A stretch of 64,000 nucleotides of DNA from Gordius albopunctatus. Taxonomy: Eukaryota. This document shows positions 58,135-64,000 of this stretch, piece after piece. The DNA lies in contig OZ193909.1 of assembly GCA_964276515.1 (NCBI GenBank), positions 10,478,001-10,542,000 on the forward strand. Reading direction: 5' to 3'. Both the position numbers and the translations under genes were made by a program. How positions within the stretch are numbered: the first letter of the stretch is position 1; the number at the start of each line of letters is the position of its first letter. Under the pieces are notes generated by a model, which was not told the DNA's origin, did not search any database, and saw nothing but the letters and a program-made list of their open reading frames with translations.

Positions 58135-60184
58135 ACGGTGTGACGCCTTCTGGCAGGTATCTAGCTCATCAGCCGGTGTTGCTCTAGGGATAACAGGACA
58201 TGCTTGTCGAAAATCACCGGCTAGCAACAATAAGGCCCCCCCCCCCCATAGAGAAGTCAATTTTCCGCAAATCTCTGAGAGTACGATCTAGTGCTTCGAG
58301 CGGTTTTTTGGTTCTTAAATCTGATGCAGAGGTAGGGGGAGCTGGAAAGAAGAATGCGCCATGCGGCCTCCATTGAGTAACGTTGCCGCTTACCCGATGA
58401 TGCGACGGCTAGGGCTAGCTCGTTATTGGCGCGAAATTTTGCCAGTAAAAGATTAAGGAGAAAAGTTTTACCGGTGCCGTCGGGAGCATCAAGGAAAAGC
58501 AGACCGCCATTACCGGTTGAGGTGTACTGTAGTTCGGTGTCGTACGCGGTCTTCTGGTCGACGGTCAAAATTAGTTCGCGTTCCTGTATAATGCTGCGCT
58601 GATGGGTAACATCGTATTGCAGTTCGAGCCATACGTCTTTCGGTTGTACATCATGGCTGGTGCGGAGGGGTGTAGGTAAAGCAAATTGGCATAGCATTTT
58701 ATTGTTTATGGACATACATTGGTTCTACAATAATAAAGGAGCACGGTTGAAGATGTCATCGTAATAGGGAATATCTAATGTCCGATTTGCTCTCCCAATG
58801 CGCAAAAGAACGTCCTCGTGTGCCGGTGCCACAGACCTGTTGGATTTGACAGGGCGCAAGTGGTCCCAATGAGCGCAAATAAATTACGGAGTTGGTGAGG
58901 GAGACATATGAGCAACTTTTCATTTAAGGTCGTATCCCAATGCTGGTCATTTTCGAGCAGCTGAAGTTCAAGACAGGCTTGTCTATACGTATTGTTTTCA
59001 GAGATTGAAATGATGTCGGGCCTCGGAAATTGTGAAGCAGCATGCGCAAATAAAAACATTCGCCCTGATTGGGATGGATTTTATACATACATCCCAAAGC
59101 ATAAGCCACATGGACGTCCGGATAGCCTGCAACCACAGGTCCCTGTTTTCTCCGTTGAAACACCTTCCGTGCCGCGTTCCAAGTGTAATACCTTTGAACC
59201 TACTGGTATAGCATGGTTTTCGCGAAAGTGTCCGTTTGACACAGCTGGATATAGGCTGTCAACGTGGTATTGGGGGGGGGGGGGTGTGCCACTATGTGAA
59301 CGGCGGTGGCCGGAGTGAAGTAGACGCGCTGGCCATTTTCTAAATGAACCTCGATATGTACTACGGGCGGGTAACGTTCGTGAATGGGGAACGAGAGGAT
59401 TCGCCAAACAGCTTCATTGCTACTGATATACCGACCGGTTTAAAAATGGATAATTTCATCCGGGTTAGAACGCGCTAGGCAAAAACTACCATATCGCTGT
59501 CTTTGTTGACATATTTGCAGATGTAATTGATGGACTTTACGGAATTGCAGTACTCTACTTTTATGTGCGCCGTGAACATTTTTGCGAGTAGGGAAGAGTA
59601 AGGGACTATCCAGCTGTTGTCAATTTCGACTGGTACATTTTTTACCTGTATTGTGCAGGTGTGACCTCCCCTCCCCAGGGTGCACGGCGTCTATCTAGTG
59701 GGTAGCCGTCGACGCCAGTTTTCGTTTCTTGAGTCAGGCGTTTCGGATAACGTTTAGAGCATTCACCTTCTTTCATGAACGGGGACGCGTTATTTATGCC
59801 GCCGCAAGGTCCTTGAATCATATGCCGAGTAACAGTGGTAAACAAAACGGGATCGGCTAGCGGATCGGGTAGTTCTGCACAAATAATGTTATCTCTTTGC
59901 GACGGGTAAATGGTGTCAATTTAACATTTTTATTATACTTTTAAATATCTAATTCGAGAAAACTTCAGCCTTGTATGTATGACTTCATTATTATATATGA
60001 TATAAATGAAACTGGACGGGAAATATCCGATATTTTTAAAACTAAAAGGAATTTTAGGATTCTGCAAAAGCTATTTTACCCCTGGCCACCCTGGGAACCT
60101 ACCGGTAAAGTTTCGCGCGCATCGGGCCGGTAGTTTCAGAATTTAGCCCTTACATACACATACGCTTTACTTTATTTATATAGA
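58135..60184 (-). mobile_element. Degraded Helitron (Rep + Pif1 helicase remnants)
   Basis: 5' A|TCTATATAAATAAAG at 60184. Frameshifted Rep segments (MIQGPCG...CSKRYPK...DGYP; VPYSSL...AHIKVEYCNSVKSINYICKYVNK), ECFYLRMLL...GPTSF, and helicase FLDAPDGTGKTFLL and LLAGDFRQ. 3' end not intact. Confidence 0.9.
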
Positions 60185-61161
60185 TATGCAAATAATGTGT
60201 TCCGACCCCTTGTGTCAAGTAAAAATAATCTAAAACTTACATAAATATGTATATTAAACGTGTGCTAAAAATGTAAAATTCTAAGAATGTTAGGGCTAGA
60301 TTTAGCTAAGAATAACACATGGCGCTGCTATAAGACCAACAACGCCCGCCCTATCTAGAATTTAAACCATGAGAGGGGTACAAGTGAAAAAGGATACTGA
60401 GACATTTTGTCGCGATGACTCTTTTGATATTGATAATGTTTTATTTTCATAGTATGTTTATTGATTTCACCAGTGTGGGTTTAATAAATAACGCTCATCA
60501 ATATTATTAGTTTTAACCATAGTCCTACAAAATGGAAGTTCTGCCCAAGCGAACATAAGTTTGAGTGCAACGCATTAATTTTTTTGAGTTTAATTAGACA
60601 AACTTATTTAACAAAAATCTCTAATATAAACTAGCCCATAAACATTTTTGAGATGAACTTTAGGCCTTTATATAAATTGAAAATTAAAAAAATAATAAAT
60701 ATCAACATAAAATAATTAGCAATAAAGACTCCTAATCTTTACATTAAAACATATCTTCTTGCAATTAGATTTACCTAAATATCCATACCCATACTTATCA
60801 AATTAATTAATTTATTGAATTATATAAAGTTGTAATAAAAATATTTTTATGTAATGGGTATATTATTTTTAGATAACAAATGTCGTCAAATTATATTCCA
60901 AAATAATAAAGGGTGCCAGGTCTGACCCAAATCGTTTAAAAGTCAAAATATTACTATATAATTTAAAAATTTTACTAAAATTAGAAATACAAGTGTTGAA
61001 GTAGAGAACGCAATACAACTTCCAATATTTACAAGCAGTATAAAATGAGGATTTTGAAACAAGTTACATAAATACAAAATTTTTATCCAAACATTTATTA
61101 TTAGGATCACAAGTTTTTACAAGAAATAAATATTTTTTGTATCTAAGTTTTGTCAGTTGGA

Positions 61162-63472
61162 TTAAAATGTGTATCCACCATTCCCCCTTTGAACTGAAGG
61201 CCCATTTCCGTCATATCCCCCTAAGTTTCCACTTAAAGAAGAGACATTTACATTGGGATAGTAAGTTATGCCCATATTTTCTTTAACCATGTTAGACCCA
61301 TATTTATTGGTCCCTTCCATAGGTTCATAGCCAGCATTTATGTTATTTGAATTGTTAAATCCCATCATTTCTGAAAATGGTTGCCCCTGTTGCCCTAAGT
61401 TTTGCATCATATTATTCTCACCAGATAATAACTCCTGTCCTGGAACTTGATTAAAATTAGTGGATTGGTTGGTGAGAGATGAGTTATGAGAAGCCATACC
61501 CATGGTTGGATCAAATGGTATCATGTTGTTACCATGATTTAAAGAAGAATTGCCCATCAATTCAGGTTCAAACATATTGGAGTTATTAAATGGAGGATTC
61601 ATTTCAAATGCCCCACGAATCATATTCTTAAACTGAGGGCCCCCAGGTGGATGAAAGTTCAACCCTTGTTGTTGTCCATTATTAAAAAAACGTGGTTGAT
61701 AACCTCCCATTTTAAATGAATTATTTATTCCAAACCTTGGAGGGTTAGTAGGTAGATGATGCTGTGCCCCCATAAGTGGCATTCTCCGTTTAGAATGCCC
61801 TTCACCATCATTATACTTATTTCCAAAACTATTATCCTCATCATCAAATGATTCCCTCCTATTACGTTTGAATTTATTAAAATCATTTTTAAAGCCTTGG
61901 GAACCCATATTTCCATACATAGCACCCGGACCTTTACCACCCTTCATCATATTAACCACTAATTTGTTTGATTAAAATATAATAATTTATGTTTGATGTA
62001 GTTCTTACTTGGAGGCATTGAATCATGACCTCTGTCAATTGGATCTTCCAGAAACAATTCAATATATCGATGCCCTAAAAATTATATATTAATATGTTAA
62101 GCTATTTACCAATGTTCTGCTTATTCTTTTGTTCTACAACTTGTGTTGCTAATAAATAATTGGGAAATTCTGCAAATGCCTCCCCAGTTGCTTTACCTCT
62201 TTTATCCAAATCAAGTGTAACATTCATAGGTTTAAAAGGCATAAAAAACTATAAGAATTATATATAAATAAATTATTTTCATACAGTCATAATATCTTCT
62301 TCATCAGCATTAAAAGGAAGTCCACGTAATCTAACCCAATAGGATTTAATTGGGCCACCCATTTTATTAACCATGTTCATCATATTGTTGAAAGGAAACA
62401 TCATATTCATGGGCATGTTGAAATCTAAATTAATGATATAAAACTTTAAAATAATACTTGGATTAGTGCCCATGTTATTTAACATAGATAGCATCTGTTT
62501 CTTTTCTGGTACTGACAAATTAGATGTAGTAATCACTATAAAATAATATTTAATTGTTTTAAAGCTTATCTACTATCATATTCAAATAATATTAAAACTT
62601 ATGAGCCAATTACATAGATGTTTAAATAATTTATAATAAATATTTAATTTATTTTAAAAACTTCTCATTAATTTTTGTTGACTATCTCGCATAGCAGTAG
62701 GTGGTAATCGTTTATCTTTCATTGGATTATTCTTTACAGACATAAGAGGTGCAATTCTTGCTGATGTCAAAACATATTCCAACTCTTTAAGGCTACTCAT
62801 GAAAACCTCAATATACCTAAGAAAAATTAGTTTTTATATAATTAGTTTACCTATAGCCCATCTTTCCCTTGTGCTTTTTTAATCCCTTTTCTAATGAATC
62901 ATAATCTTTAAATTGGACAAAAGCTTCTGAACACCTGCCCTCTTCATCTTTTGGTAGTGTTATTCCATCAGGCACAATGGACAAGTCTAAATTATATATA
63001 TTTAAAACATTAGAAATAATTTACCAGCAAAAAATTCTTCAATTTCTTGAACTGTACATTCATATGGCAACCCACGAAGCCTTACTAAATTATCATGTTC
63101 ATCCCCATACCTTTTTTTGTAATATGAAAAGTCATTTCTTTCAGCTTCAAAAACTTAGACTCTATAGATGCATAAATTTTAAATTTACCTTCGACATATC
63201 GATTATCAATATATTTTTTGTCCTTAAGCAATGCCTTTTCAAAGTCATCCTTAGATTCAAATTCAACATACGCTTCACCGCTGGGGCGCCCATCCTTGGC
63301 ATTATTAAAAACACAACCCCACGCACCATTTTTAATTTTGCATCCTAAAAAAATATAGGTTTAATAAATTTGGATTACCAGTTAGAAATTCCTCTACATC
63401 TTTAAACGATGCAGACCAGGGGAGGCCTCGTAGTTTGACTATATATGTATCATTTTTACCATCTTCGGACAT
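61162..63472 (-). CDS. hnRNP F/H-family (glorund/GRSF1-like) protein: three qRRMs plus N/G/M-rich low-complexity tail
   Basis: Exons 63472-63379, 63344-63189, 63153-63025, 62986-62851, 62816-~62662, 62535-62458, 62424-62285, 62248-62110, 62074-62009, 61958-61162. Motifs VKLRGLPWSA...GRPSGEAYVEF...RYVEVF; VRLRGLPYEC...GITLP...EAFVQF...HKEKMGYRYIEVF; VRLRGLPFNA...TGEAFAEF...IGHRYIELF. Confidence 0.93.
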
Positions 63473-64000
63473 CTTTAATAAATTTTAAATGTCTGAATGT
63501 CTTAATAACAATCTGTTTTTTTTTATCAAATTTAATTTTAATATTTTGATGCAAGTTGAAAAATAAAAATATCCGTTTTTCCGTATTCCACACAAATCGC
63601 TGTAAAAACAAGAAAGACGATCAAGATTAAAATAATGGTCATAATTTGTAACAATTTAGAATGTTTTAGGTGTGAGTAAAAGCATATTAAAGAAAGAATC
63701 GTAAGAGGCGTTAACAAATTTTATTTAATTCATTAGAAACTGGATGATCCCAATTAGATTCTACCATCATTATTGGATACACAGTGGAGTAATTAGAATT
63801 TTAACCTTGTCAGGGGGGGGGGCGGGGCGGGGCTGAACATATATTTAAAACCAGTGGCGAGGGGTCAATAGTGATTTTAAAATCTGCATAGCCATTTGAC
63901 AAACTTTATAATTAGCTATTTCTTTGTGTAATTCCTTTTCAGAATTTACTTGAACTCGTACCTTTTGAGTTTATATCAATATTATGTTACCTAATCTTAA

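Noticed and set aside
58121..58140. CTAG as the 3' end of the minus-strand Helitron
   Set aside because: Not followed by T and no hairpin; it matches the TAGAGCCCTGCA hAT-MITE terminus instead.
58235..59284. Poly-C/poly-G runs (also near 3275, 16636, 28424, 35785, 52360, 63813) as G-quadruplex or functional signals
   Set aside because: Isolated homopolymers, several inside decayed elements, consistent with slippage or sequencing error.

Overview
AT-rich eukaryotic (probably invertebrate animal) genomic DNA with spliceosomal GT-AG introns and the standard genetic code; nothing prokaryotic and no CRISPR. Three host genes are supported. (1) The 3' part of a cytoplasmic dynein-1 heavy chain gene (+, 7-34562, 48 exons in the window). 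(2) A divergent TELO2-like gene (-, last exon 36114-36377, probable first coding exon 57857-58029). (3) An hnRNP F/H (glorund-like) three-qRRM gene (-, 61162-63472) with mostly 33-38 nt introns. Introns carry Helitron, hAT, Tc1/pogo-type MITE and LINE relics. The most structured region is 43.0-57.9 kb, the probable 14.8 kb first TELO2 intron. It holds a young RTE LINE (9-bp TSD, twister-ribozyme-like 5' end) inserted in an older LINE. Next is a 6.7 kb foldback of two back-to-back defective hAT copies ending in mirrored 128-bp tandem arrays. Abutting that is a 2.7 kb element with near-identical 535-bp inverted arms containing three in-frame phase-1 exon-like segments, around a Penelope GIY-YIG relic with a minimal hammerhead motif. 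All calls were read by eye from the sequence; no searches or folding were run.
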